From positions 1 through 40,645 of the forward strand of contig JADGQN010000001.1 of the NCBI GenBank assembly GCA_017881765.1: a stretch of 40,645 nt of DNA, written 5' to 3'. Below the pieces are notes generated by a model, which was not told the DNA's origin, did no database searches, and saw only the letters and a list, made by a program, of their open reading frames with translations. Position 1 is the stretch's first letter, and every line of letters starts with the position of its first letter. The stretch comes from Syntrophobacterales bacterium (GTDB taxonomy: Bacteria > Desulfobacterota > Syntrophorhabdia > Syntrophorhabdales > WCHB1-27). Made by a program: the position numbers and the translations under genes. Of the stretch, positions 16,325-24,844 are shown in pieces.

Positions 16325-17346
16325 GCGTTCTCCTCTAAGACTAGGCTATAAAATGTTTCCTGATCAGGTATGACGATGTCCTGGATGCCCATACCCGTGG
16401 TGAGAAAATAGACAGGCTTCTCGAGAGCCATCAGGTGGGTTATCACGTGACCGAGCGACTTTTCCTCATCAAGCTTCGTAAAGATCACTCCCGTCACATC
16501 GTTTCCGTTGAACTGGCCGCAATAATCCTTCATCTTTTCGCTCCTGATCCACGAAGGAAAATGGAGCAGTTTCTTACATCCCTTCAGCCTATCCATGGCC
16601 TTCTTCTGCAGAAGCTCATTGCCTGTCACGTCGATGATCTTCTTTCGCGTCTCTCTCTCGACAATAAAAGGGAGGTCCTCATCATTTACCGTGAAATAGA
16701 ATGGTATACCGGTATGCTCCGAGAACATCATCAGCTCATTGTAACGCTCTCTCCTTTGCGGCTCGTAAGCTATAATCGATACGGGGACGCCCGTGTCCAG
16801 GAGCCGTTTAGCCAGCTTCTTGGTCGTTTCGGTCTTACCGGCGCCGCTTGGGCCGAGCATAAGGATCGGTTCGCTGGACCCATCGATCGCACTTACCTTG
16901 ATCTTTTTTGCCAGTACTCTTTTCAGAAAGTAGCTCGCCTTGCCCGAATCCTCAGCAAGCTTGCCGGTTTCTCCGTACACCTCTGAGAGCGCGGTAAAGG
17001 CCAGTTTGGGATCAAAGCCATTCTGTACCATCTTGTCGTAAAGAGCCCTCAAGGTTGGAGGGAAAGCGTCGACACGGTATTTCATGGTGTCCGACTCCAT
17101 GGAACCCATCCGCTCGCTCAAAGACTTGATGGTTGAGCTGATCTCTTCGATCCGCTTGATAACCAGGCTTGCGGGTGCGTCTTGCGGTGTCATTTCCTCG
17201 TCAATGGCAATCAGAATCTCGTACCCCTTCCGGGCGGAGTCCACGTTCTCCTTGATATCTATGATGATCGCATCGGGACCGAATTCGCCCTTGATCCTTT
17301 TGATGCCCTCTTTGACACTCTCAAAAAAGAGCCGCTTAACCTTCAT
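16297..17346 (-). CDS. flhF: SRP-like GTPase FlhF (divergent G2/G3/G5 motifs)
   Basis: 349 aa. G1 GPSGAGKT and G4 TKLDE are present. The usual DTYRIAA is AYEPQRR, DTAGR is DVTGN, and the G5 region reads TTGMGIQD. Position after flhA. Confidence 0.85.
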   Translation of the reverse strand: MKVKRLFFESVKEGIKRIKGEFGPDAIIIDIKENVDSARKGYEILIAIDEEMTPQDAPASLVIKRIEEISSTIKSLSERMGSMESDTMKYRVDAFPPTLRALYDKMVQNGFDPKLAFTALSEVYGETGKLAEDSGKASYFLKRVLAKKIKVSAIDGSSEPILMLGPSGAGKTETTKKLAKRLLDTGVPVSIIAYEPQRRERYNELMMFSEHTGIPFYFTVNDEDLPFIVERETRKKIIDVTGNELLQKKAMDRLKGCKKLLHFPSWIRSEKMKDYCGQFNGNDVTGVIFTKLDEEKSLGHVITHLMALEKPVYFLTTGMGIQDIVIPDQETFYSLVLEENAWRHEEKGL

Positions 17347-19393
17347 GGGTTCTGATCACCCCCGCGGACTTTATTTTGATCTGCTGCGGGATCTCATTGT
17401 GGGATATGACCGCGATGCCCTGGATGTACCGCTCCAGGAGTCGCCGCAGCCTCGAGCGTATTATGGGATGCACGAGAATGACCGGTTGAATATTCTGTAC
17501 CATCATGTTCTTCACTTCATTACTGATCTTATCAATCATCTGTTGGGTAAATGTTAAGTCTAGTGCAAGATACGTTCCCTGTTCCGATGTTTGGAGGCTG
17601 GAAATCAATTTTTCTTCCAGCACCTTCTCAAAAATCAAGACATTCAGGATACCGTCGACCAGATATGGCTTAAGGATGCTCCGTGCCATGCGCTGCCTTA
17701 CAAACTCGGTGAGTACGTCCGGGTCCTTGGTGGAAGGGGCGTGGTCGGCGATGGTTTCGAGAATAGTGACCAGATCTCTGATCGAGACCTGTTCGCGCAA
17801 CAGGTTTTGGAAGACCTTTTGAATGACACCGATATTGGCCCCGCTTTGCGCAAGTTCCTCGACTACCTTCTGATGACTCCCGGATATGTTGTCGAGCAGC
17901 TTCTGTACCTCCTGCCTGGTCATCAGCTCGTGCGCATTATTCCGCAATATTTCTGTCAGGTGTGTGGCAATTACCGTCGCATGATCGACGATGGTAAAGC
18001 CCTCGGAGGCGCATCGGTCTCGGTCCTTCTCTTTGATCCACGCAGCGTCGAGATTGAACACCGGTTCCCTGGTGGGGATGGCATCGGCTATTCTGTTGCG
18101 TTCGTCGGCGCCCATGGCCAGCAGATGACCAAGAAGCAACTCCCCCTTCCCCACCTCGATGCCCTTGAGGAAAATCGCGTATTCCCCTGCCTTAAGCTGC
18201 AGGTTATCCCGCACCTTCATGGGTGGGATCACGATGCCCAACTCCCCGGCCAGCTGCTTGCGAATCGCTTTCAGCTTTTCCAGGAGCTCGCCGCTTTGTT
18301 CGGCGTCGACAATAGGGATGAGCCCGTATCCAATCTCGACTTCCAGGGTGTCCACAGGTTGAATAACATCCGCCTTTTCAGCGCTTTCCTGCGGTATCTC
18401 CGGGATTTGCAAGGCCTCTTCCTTCTGGGCTTTGGAGACCACATAGCCGCCTCCGGCAGCTATGGAGGCCAGAATCAAGAAGGGAAACGCCGGTATGCCG
18501 GGCACCATACCTATGGTCAGGAGTATGACGGATGCAAGAACCAGAGCTCTGGGCTGCATGGTGAGCTGGCTCATCACGTCGCTGCCGAGGTCCGACTCCC
18601 CTGCCGCCCTTGTTACAATGATGCCCGCGGCGGTTGACGTAAGCAGAGCAGGAATCTGACTGACAAGGCCGTCACCGATGGTCAGTATGGTGTATACCGA
18701 AAGGGCATCAACGACGGACATGTCCTTTTGTACGACGCCTATGATAAGGCCACCGAGCAAGTTGACAAAAATGATTATGAGGCCCGCAACAGCGTCTCCT
18801 CGAACGAACTTACTCGCACCGTCCATGGCCCCGTAGAAGTCGGCTTCCATTTCTATACGCGCACGACGTTCTTTCGCCTGCATGTCGTCGATCAAGCCGG
18901 CGTTCAAGTCCGCATCTATACTCATCTGCTTGCCGGGCATAGCGTCCAGGGTAAAGCGCGCCGCCACCTCAGCCACACGCCCCGCGCCTTTCGTGATGAC
19001 CACAAAATTGATAACGATGAGGATGAGAAACACAATCGCTCCGACTACATAGTTGCCCCCGATGATAAAGGTGCCGAACGCTTTGATGATACGGCCGGCT
19101 GCCTGTGTCCCTTCATCTCCGTGCAGCAGGATCAGTCTGGTGGAGGCAATGTTCAGAGAAAGTCTGAAGAGCGTCACGATCAGGAGGACTGAGGGAAACA
19201 CGGAGAAATCGAGAGGCCGGTGCGTGTACATCCCGAGAAGCAGGATCATGAGCGAAGTGGAAATGCTCAGAGAGATGAAAAGATCGATAAAGAACGGGTT
19301 GAGAGGGACGATCATGATGAGGATCACGACCACCACGCTGGTGGCGATCAGCAGATCGCTTTTCCCCTTTACCCATGCCAGCGCGCTTTCCAT
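17336..19393 (-). CDS. flhA: flagellar export gate protein FlhA
   Basis: 685 aa. Multi-TM N-terminal domain, RFTLDAMPGKQMSIDADL motif and a cytoplasmic C-terminal domain. Confidence 0.97.
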   Translation of the reverse strand: MESALAWVKGKSDLLIATSVVVVILIMIVPLNPFFIDLFISLSISTSLMILLLGMYTHRPLDFSVFPSVLLIVTLFRLSLNIASTRLILLHGDEGTQAAGRIIKAFGTFIIGGNYVVGAIVFLILIVINFVVITKGAGRVAEVAARFTLDAMPGKQMSIDADLNAGLIDDMQAKERRARIEMEADFYGAMDGASKFVRGDAVAGLIIIFVNLLGGLIIGVVQKDMSVVDALSVYTILTIGDGLVSQIPALLTSTAAGIIVTRAAGESDLGSDVMSQLTMQPRALVLASVILLTIGMVPGIPAFPFLILASIAAGGGYVVSKAQKEEALQIPEIPQESAEKADVIQPVDTLEVEIGYGLIPIVDAEQSGELLEKLKAIRKQLAGELGIVIPPMKVRDNLQLKAGEYAIFLKGIEVGKGELLLGHLLAMGADERNRIADAIPTREPVFNLDAAWIKEKDRDRCASEGFTIVDHATVIATHLTEILRNNAHELMTRQEVQKLLDNISGSHQKVVEELAQSGANIGVIQKVFQNLLREQVSIRDLVTILETIADHAPSTKDPDVLTEFVRQRMARSILKPYLVDGILNVLIFEKVLEEKLISSLQTSEQGTYLALDLTFTQQMIDKISNEVKNMMVQNIQPVILVHPIIRSRLRRLLERYIQGIAVISHNEIPQQIKIKSAGVIRTHEG

Positions 19394-20458
19394 CTAAAGA
19401 CCGATCCTTTTTTTCCGTTTGTATACCTGGGCAAGGAGCTCCGCCACAACAACGTAGAATTTCTCCGGTATATAGTCCCCGATCTTTACGCCATAGAAGA
19501 GTCCCCGGGCGAGAGGCTTATTCTCGATGACAGGAACGGAGTAAAGCCTCGCCACGGTTTTGATCTTATCAGCCACAAAGCCTGCCCCTTTTGCAACCAC
19601 CCGGGGCGCCGGCATTTCTTTAACCGTATACTTGAGGGCCACGGCGAACGTCGTCGGGTTTGTTACCACGATGTCCGCTTTCTTTGCGTCCTCCAGCATC
19701 CGTCTGCGGGCGAACTCCCGCTGGAGACTCCGAATTCTCGATTTGATCAACGGGTTCCCCTCGCGCTCCTTCATTTCTTCAGTGACTTCCTGCTTGGTCA
19801 TCTTCATGTTTCGCATAAACTGCCATCTCTGGTAAAGATAGTCGACGCCGGCAAGGAACATGAAGACGATGCCCAGTTTCCAGGCCAGTCTGAAGCCGAT
19901 CTCACCCAGATACCCAATCGTGAATTTCACATCCTTTTGTACGAGGGAAAGGATCGTGGGGAACTCGTTTCTGATGATTGAATAGCAGATGTAGGTAAGA
20001 ATAATGATTTTTGTGAGTGACTTCAGCGCCTCCTGGAATGATCTGACGCTGAATAATCTTCCGATGCCCGTTATGGGGTTGAGCCCGTTCGCGTTGAAAT
20101 TGAACACCTGCGGACTCCACATGAAGCCGACCTGGGCTACAGTGCCTGCTATGCTCAGGAACGTTACGAGGCCGAAGGTAGGAAGCACGAGTGCCAGCCA
20201 CTTGAAGATACTGGACGATAAGACGCTGTGGATGCTGGCGACGTTCACATCCATGTTCATAGTCTGCACGGACGTCACGTACGTTTTAAACGCTTCCTGA
20301 AACGTGTGAGACATGGTGAAGTAGAGAAAGATTGCCGAAAAGAGTATTATCAGGCAGGAGCCGAGTTCAGGTGACCTGATGACCTGACCCTTCTTCTTTG
20401 CCTCCTCGAGCTTCTTCTCGGTTGGCTTTTCGCTCTTTTCCTGGAAACTGTCAGACAT
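19394..20458 (-). CDS. flhB: flagellar export switch protein FlhB (NPTT instead of NPTH)
   Basis: 354 aa. SEKPTEKKLEEAKKKGQV N-terminus, four TM segments and C-terminal domain ADIVVTNPTTFAVALKY. Confidence 0.95.
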   Translation of the reverse strand: MSDSFQEKSEKPTEKKLEEAKKKGQVIRSPELGSCLIILFSAIFLYFTMSHTFQEAFKTYVTSVQTMNMDVNVASIHSVLSSSIFKWLALVLPTFGLVTFLSIAGTVAQVGFMWSPQVFNFNANGLNPITGIGRLFSVRSFQEALKSLTKIIILTYICYSIIRNEFPTILSLVQKDVKFTIGYLGEIGFRLAWKLGIVFMFLAGVDYLYQRWQFMRNMKMTKQEVTEEMKEREGNPLIKSRIRSLQREFARRRMLEDAKKADIVVTNPTTFAVALKYTVKEMPAPRVVAKGAGFVADKIKTVARLYSVPVIENKPLARGLFYGVKIGDYIPEKFYVVVAELLAQVYKRKKRIGL

Positions 20459-20460
20459 GC

Positions 20461-21219
20461 CTACCTCAGAAGCCTCAAGACCCTGATAAATTCCGGCTCA
20501 ATACCCTTGAACAGGTCTGCCAGTGCAGGCGCCATAAAGCTAAGAGCGAGGGAAAGCACGGTTAGTGATACGAAGATCTTCACCGGCAGACCCTCGACAA
20601 AAATGTTCATCGAAGGGATCATCCGCGACAAGAGACCCAGAGCGAGTTCTATGAGAAAAAGCGCGACGATGAGCGGGGCCCCGAACTTCAGGCCAAGACC
20701 GAAAATCCTGCCGCTCGCGGCAACGAAATAGTTGAGAAGGCCGCTTGTCATGGTAGCGGTTCCGAGGGGTAGCTCCTTGAAGCTCGCGTAGATGCCTCTC
20801 AGCACGATATGGTGTGCATCGATGGCAAAGAAGATCATGATGGCGAGCATGTACAGGAACTCCTCCAGGATAGACGACTGACCCGAAGAGACAGGATCGA
20901 CCATGCGCGCAAAGCCGAAGCCGGTCTGGAAGCCGACGATCTCACCCGTTGCCTGGATCACCGCGAAGAGGAGGCGAATCGCAAAACTGATGGAAAGCCC
21001 GATCAATACCTCCCTGAAGATAGCGAGGAGCATAGCTAAGCCATCAGCCGCAACTTCGGCAGGATAGGAGACAGCTCCCGTAATCAGGAATGACATAAGC
21101 AATGCCAGACTGATCTTGAAGAGAACCGAAAGGCTCCTCATGGAAAAGACGGGCAGGAGCCAGAGAATTGCCAGGACCCTGAAAAAAATCAATATGTATT
21201 TGGGGACGTCTACGATCAC
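20461..21219 (-). CDS. fliR: flagellar export apparatus protein FliR
   Basis: 252-aa polytopic membrane protein after fliQ. GTG start at 21219. Confidence 0.9.
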   Translation of the reverse strand: MIVDVPKYILIFFRVLAILWLLPVFSMRSLSVLFKISLALLMSFLITGAVSYPAEVAADGLAMLLAIFREVLIGLSISFAIRLLFAVIQATGEIVGFQTGFGFARMVDPVSSGQSSILEEFLYMLAIMIFFAIDAHHIVLRGIYASFKELPLGTATMTSGLLNYFVAASGRIFGLGLKFGAPLIVALFLIELALGLLSRMIPSMNIFVEGLPVKIFVSLTVLSLALSFMAPALADLFKGIEPEFIRVLRLLR

Positions 21220-21224
21220 GGCCC

Positions 21225-21494
21225 CTACCGGACGTATGTGGAAAGGTTGGAAAAAAGGGTGATGGTGTAGGTAACAATCTGATTGAGCATCCAGGGAAAA
21301 AGAAATATGAGGACCAGGACGACGGCGAGTATCTTCGGAACAAACGTAAGCGTGATCTCATGTATCTGCGTGGCCGACTGGAAAATGCTGACCAGCAGAC
21401 CAACGATCATAGCCGCCAGAAGCAGGGGAGACATGATCAGCATCCCCATTTTCAGCGAGCCTCTGAAGATTTCGAGCACCAATTCCTGACTCAT
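21225..21494 (-). CDS. fliQ: flagellar export apparatus protein FliQ
   Basis: 89 aa from ATG 21494 (SD GGAGGGGG): MSQELVLEIFRGSLKMGMLIMSPLLLAAMIVGLLVSIFQSATQIHEITLTFVPK.... This is canonical FliQ length and sequence. The 175-aa track ORF is an artefactual extension through repeat C into fliP. Confidence 0.95.
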   Translation of the reverse strand: MSQELVLEIFRGSLKMGMLIMSPLLLAAMIVGLLVSIFQSATQIHEITLTFVPKILAVVLVLIFLFPWMLNQIVTYTITLFSNLSTYVR

Positions 21495-21505
21495 AATCCC
21501 CCTCC

Positions 21506-21632
21506 ACACCAATTCGCCTTCAAGCGTATACCTTCGTTGTCGCTGCGTCGCTCTTCTCGACGTACCAAAGTACGCCTTCGTCGGCTCCTCGCTGCCGCCT
21601 CGGTCTGCATCCTGGATGCAAAGTGCTATAAG
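21506..21632. repeat. MITE/ERIC-like hairpin repeat, copy C
   Basis: It is near-identical to copy A over the ~98-nt core accaattcgccttca(a/c)gcgtataccttcgttgtcgctgcgtcgctct...cgtcggctcctcgctgccgcctcggtct, with a handful of substitutions. It then diverges (gcatcctggatgc hairpin) and rejoins at tataaga. Confidence 0.85.
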
Positions 21633-21709
21633 ACGACAAAGAGACGCCAAGCCTTCCATGCATTTTGAATCCGGATTCTTGAGATTCATGATCAAAAAGT
21701 TCTCCCCAA

Positions 21710-22468
21710 TTACAAAAAGCCTTTCACGAGTGAGCCAACCAGGAGGTTCCACCCGTCCACGAGGACAAACAGCATAAGCTTGAACGGCAGTGATATGAAG
21801 ATAGGAGGCAGCATCATCATGCCGGTTGACAGGAGCACGCTCGCCACGACCATGTCGATTATCAGGAAGGGTATGTAGAGCAGAAATCCTATCTGGAACG
21901 CCCTCTTCAGTTCGCTGATGGCAAAAGCCGGCACGAGCACACGGAAGGGTATATCCCTCTCGTTCTTGGGCCGCTCAAGTCCCGCCATGTTCGCGAAGAG
22001 GGCTACATCTTTATCCCTGGCAAACTTGAACATGAACGTGCTCATCTCTTTAGATGACTTATCAATAAATTCGTCATACGCAATCTTGTTGTTCATGTAA
22101 GGAGAGAGGGCGTTGACATTAATTCTCTCGAACGTCGGACCCATGATAAAAAACGTGAGAAAGAGTGAGAGTCCGACAATCACCTGAGTCGGTGGGAGTG
22201 TAGGCATACCGATGGCCTGCCTCAAGAATGAAAGCACAATCACGATCCGCGTAAACGACGTCATAAGCAAGAGAATTGCCGGTGCAAAACTCAGAACGGT
22301 AAACATCAGGGCAAGGTTGACGAGATTTCTGTTGCCTTCTCCTCCGCTGAACATGCCGATGAGATCGACCTTTGCCGGCGCCTGATCTTTAGCGGCGCTC
22401 TTTGCGCCTGCCAGGACAGGAATGATAACGATTGACAAGACGAGGAGGAAAACGACGAAAAGTTTCAT
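21710..22468 (-). CDS. fliP: flagellar export apparatus protein FliP
   Basis: 252 aa with a signal peptide. Conserved FliP body (LALMFTVLSFAPAILLLMTSFTRIVIVLSFLRQAIG...PAFAISELKRAFQIGFLLYIPFLIIDMVVASVL). Confidence 0.95.
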   Translation of the reverse strand: MKLFVVFLLVLSIVIIPVLAGAKSAAKDQAPAKVDLIGMFSGGEGNRNLVNLALMFTVLSFAPAILLLMTSFTRIVIVLSFLRQAIGMPTLPPTQVIVGLSLFLTFFIMGPTFERINVNALSPYMNNKIAYDEFIDKSSKEMSTFMFKFARDKDVALFANMAGLERPKNERDIPFRVLVPAFAISELKRAFQIGFLLYIPFLIIDMVVASVLLSTGMMMLPPIFISLPFKLMLFVLVDGWNLLVGSLVKGFL

Positions 22469-22749
22469 GAAGAGACCGGGACCTCCTCCTTCTTCAGCTG
22501 GACGAGCAACGAAATGGTATCTTGTCCCACACCGATAACAAGGATCTGATCTCTAATCTCTACTACGGAAATGAACTTCTTGTACCCGAGAGGTATTGTC
22601 TCGACTCTCTTCAGCCCGTAACCCGTGCCTTTTGGATTCCAGTTTCCTTTATACTTCATCATCACCTTGTAAAGAAGTCCGAGGCAGCCGAGCAAGCCGA
22701 CCAGGACCAGTATTACTTTTATGAATTCGCCATACATCTCCTGCATCAT
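22465..22749 (-). CDS. fliO: FliO/FliZ-like flagellar biosynthesis protein
   Basis: 94 aa with a single TM helix (IKVILVLVGLLGCLGLLY). Lies between fliN and fliP with ATGA overlaps on both sides. The call is largely positional. Confidence 0.7.
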   Translation of the reverse strand: MMQEMYGEFIKVILVLVGLLGCLGLLYKVMMKYKGNWNPKGTGYGLKRVETIPLGYKKFISVVEIRDQILVIGVGQDTISLLVQLKKEEVPVSS

Positions 22750-23057
22750 GCCAGTTTCTGAACTCTCTCAATAGGTGCAACAATCTTATTCACGCGTACA
22801 CCCAGTCTTTCGTTGACGACAACTACTTCACCTTTACCCAAAAGCTTGCCATTCACGTAGATGTCGACCGCTTCGCCCGCTGTTCTCTTCAACTCGACAA
22901 TAGAACCTTTGCTCAACGAGAGGAGGTCTCCTATGGTCATCTTAGTGCGACCGATTTCAATAGAGATGTCTATCGGCACATCGAGCAGACTGTCGAGGTT
23001 TAGTTCCGCGTTGTTCGCGCCGCCTATGTTTTCCGGCTCTTCCACCAGCTTCTCCAT
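22746..23057 (-). CDS. fliN: flagellar motor switch protein FliN
   Basis: 103 aa with a SpoA-type C-terminus: LDVPIDISIEIGRTKMTIGDLLSLSKGSIVELKRTAGEAVDIYVNGKLLGKGEVVVVNERLGVRV. Confidence 0.92.
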   Translation of the reverse strand: MEKLVEEPENIGGANNAELNLDSLLDVPIDISIEIGRTKMTIGDLLSLSKGSIVELKRTAGEAVDIYVNGKLLGKGEVVVVNERLGVRVNKIVAPIERVQKLA

Positions 23058-23066
23058 GTTTCCTCC

Positions 23067-24044
23067 CTACCTTATGATCTGCTCAATTTTTATGGCCTTG
23101 CTCCCCTTGAAGAGACCGAGCTTGCCCATGAGCCGCGTTCTATGGTCAATCTCCACCGGCAAAGCGTCGTTCACATGCCGGTCGACCATAATCAGACTCC
23201 CCTCCCTCAGGCTTACGAACTCCTGCAGAGACATCCTTCTCCGCCCGAGTGTGGCGGTGAGCTCCAGAGGCACCTTCAGGAGCCTGCTTCTGAGCTGCTT
23301 TTCCCAGCGCTGTTTTATCTCACGATCCTCCCTCGAAGGGGCAATAACGAGAAGGTTTTTGATGGGCTCCAGGATTGAATAGGGCACGCAGACCTTCATC
23401 CAGCTGTTCATATCATCCACAGTGACCGAGAACTCGCAGAGGCTGACGACCTCTTCAGGGGCGATTGCCGTGACGTAGTTGGGGTTCATTTCCGACCGTG
23501 AATATTTGCATCGCAGCTCGTAGACGGGCGACCACGCCTTCTCCAACTCCAGGAGCACCACCTCCATCAGCTTCTTGACTACCTTCAGCTCTATCCTTGT
23601 AAATTCTCTTCCCTCTATTTTCGGCGCGGAAAGACGCGACCCGCCAAAAATCGTCTCGAGCACTGAAAAAATGAGCTTTGCATCGAAGATAAGAATAAGA
23701 AACCCCTTGAGGCTCTCCATTGTCACGAGGTTCATGTTCGTCGGTAAAGGCAGGTTCTTGGTCAGTTCTCTGTATTCCGTATTCTGGACCTTGCTGGCAC
23801 TCACCTCCACTTCCCGCTCGATGAACAGGGTCAGGGCGGAAGTAAGCGCCTTTCCGAACCGTTCATAAACGAACTGGAGCGTGGGCAGATCTTCCTTCTT
23901 GCCCCGGGCCATGCTCGCGAGATCAAAGGGCCGTACCTCCGATTCGGCAACCGGTCCCGCCTCTTCGGACTCCAGCGCAACGTCCCCCTCAGCTATGCCT
24001 TTCAGCAGGGCGTCTATCTCTTCCTGACTTAATACCTGGCTCAC
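23067..24044 (-). CDS. fliM: flagellar motor switch protein FliM
   Basis: 325 aa with the N-terminal CheY-P binding motif LSQEEIDALLKG and FliM middle and C-terminal domains. Confidence 0.95.
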   Translation of the reverse strand: MSQVLSQEEIDALLKGIAEGDVALESEEAGPVAESEVRPFDLASMARGKKEDLPTLQFVYERFGKALTSALTLFIEREVEVSASKVQNTEYRELTKNLPLPTNMNLVTMESLKGFLILIFDAKLIFSVLETIFGGSRLSAPKIEGREFTRIELKVVKKLMEVVLLELEKAWSPVYELRCKYSRSEMNPNYVTAIAPEEVVSLCEFSVTVDDMNSWMKVCVPYSILEPIKNLLVIAPSREDREIKQRWEKQLRSRLLKVPLELTATLGRRRMSLQEFVSLREGSLIMVDRHVNDALPVEIDHRTRLMGKLGLFKGSKAIKIEQIIR

Positions 24045-24053
24045 CTTACCACC

Positions 24054-24638
24054 TTATGGAATAATGATATCGGTAATATAGACAGACTCCAGATCCTCTT
24101 TTTCTTTGAACAGCTCTTTGAGCCTGTTCTGCAGCTCTACCTTGATCGGGTCTCGCTTGCTAACGTCGATCAACTCCTCGGCGCTTTTCGCACTGAGGAC
24201 CATGAGCGCCTTATCTCTCAAAACGGGAACCATCTTCTTAGCTTCTTCAAGAACCTTGGCGTTTTGAAGGCTTACGGCAAGAGAAACCTTGGCGAACCTG
24301 GAGCTATTTCCCGCCAGATTGAAGATGAAGGGTTCCAGGGTCAGGATAGGACCCCCTGAACCACCCTTTTTCTGTTCGGCGGCTGCCGCCTTCTTGGCCA
24401 TGGATCCGCCGGCACTGCTGTTTGGTAAGAAACGCTCGAGGATCCGGTCTCCAAAAAAGAAGTAAGCTCCGGCACCGCCTGCCACCAGCAACAATATCAG
24501 CAGCAGAAAGACGAAGAGGATCTTCGATTTCTTCTTCTTGGGCGGCGCCTCTTCCCGTGAGGCTTTGGGCTTCTCTTCCCGTTCGTTCTCGTCACCGGCC
24601 TTCTCTTCCCGTTCCTTCTCGTCCTTTTCTTTCGCCAT
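24054..24638 (-). CDS. fliL: flagellar basal body-associated protein FliL
   Basis: 194 aa. Charged N-terminus, one TM helix (ILFVFLLLILLLVAGGAGAYFFF) and a FliL domain (FIFNLAG...FAKVSLAVSL...LRDKALMVLS). SD GGAGGAG. Confidence 0.88.
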   Translation of the reverse strand: MAKEKDEKEREEKAGDENEREEKPKASREEAPPKKKKSKILFVFLLLILLLVAGGAGAYFFFGDRILERFLPNSSAGGSMAKKAAAAEQKKGGSGGPILTLEPFIFNLAGNSSRFAKVSLAVSLQNAKVLEEAKKMVPVLRDKALMVLSAKSAEELIDVSKRDPIKVELQNRLKELFKEKEDLESVYITDIIIP

Positions 24639-24664
24639 GAGTATCTCCTCCAGTTTTTCGGAAG

Positions 24665-24680
24665 AGCAATATGTATGCCA
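24665..24680 (-). promoter_or_regulatory. sigma-54 promoter for the fliL...fliA operon
   Basis: The minus strand reads TGGCATAcataTTGCT with correct GG-N10-GC spacing. The -12 element is ~27 nt upstream of the fliL ATG, leaving the SD in the leader. Confidence 0.8.
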
Positions 24681-24798
24681 GATGAGAAGCTACGTGCGGG
24701 AATGGTTTAGACAGAGGCTTATTACAGAGAAAATGACCGTGAGCAGTGAGCGGCACGCGGGCCGCCGGGTGCCGTGGGCGACATGCTATTTATGGCGG

Positions 24799-24820
24799 TT
24801 CTGTCATTTAGTTGACAGAA
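24799..24820. promoter_or_regulatory. perfect 8-bp inverted repeat TTCTGTCA-N6-TGACAGAA (candidate EBP upstream activating site or post-flgE hairpin)
   Basis: ttctgtcatttagttgacagaa. It is centred ~135 bp upstream of the fliL sigma-54 promoter and 24 nt after the flgE stop. It fits TGT-N10-ACA. A related site lies at 38181-38199. Confidence 0.35.
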
Positions 24821-24844
24821 AATAAGATAAGTTCAATGACCTCT

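Noticed and set aside
21495-21752. An N-terminal extension making FliQ 175 aa.
   Set aside because: The extension is a translation of repeat copy C and overlaps the fliP 3' end in another frame. A canonical 89-aa FliQ begins at ATG 21494 behind a strong SD.
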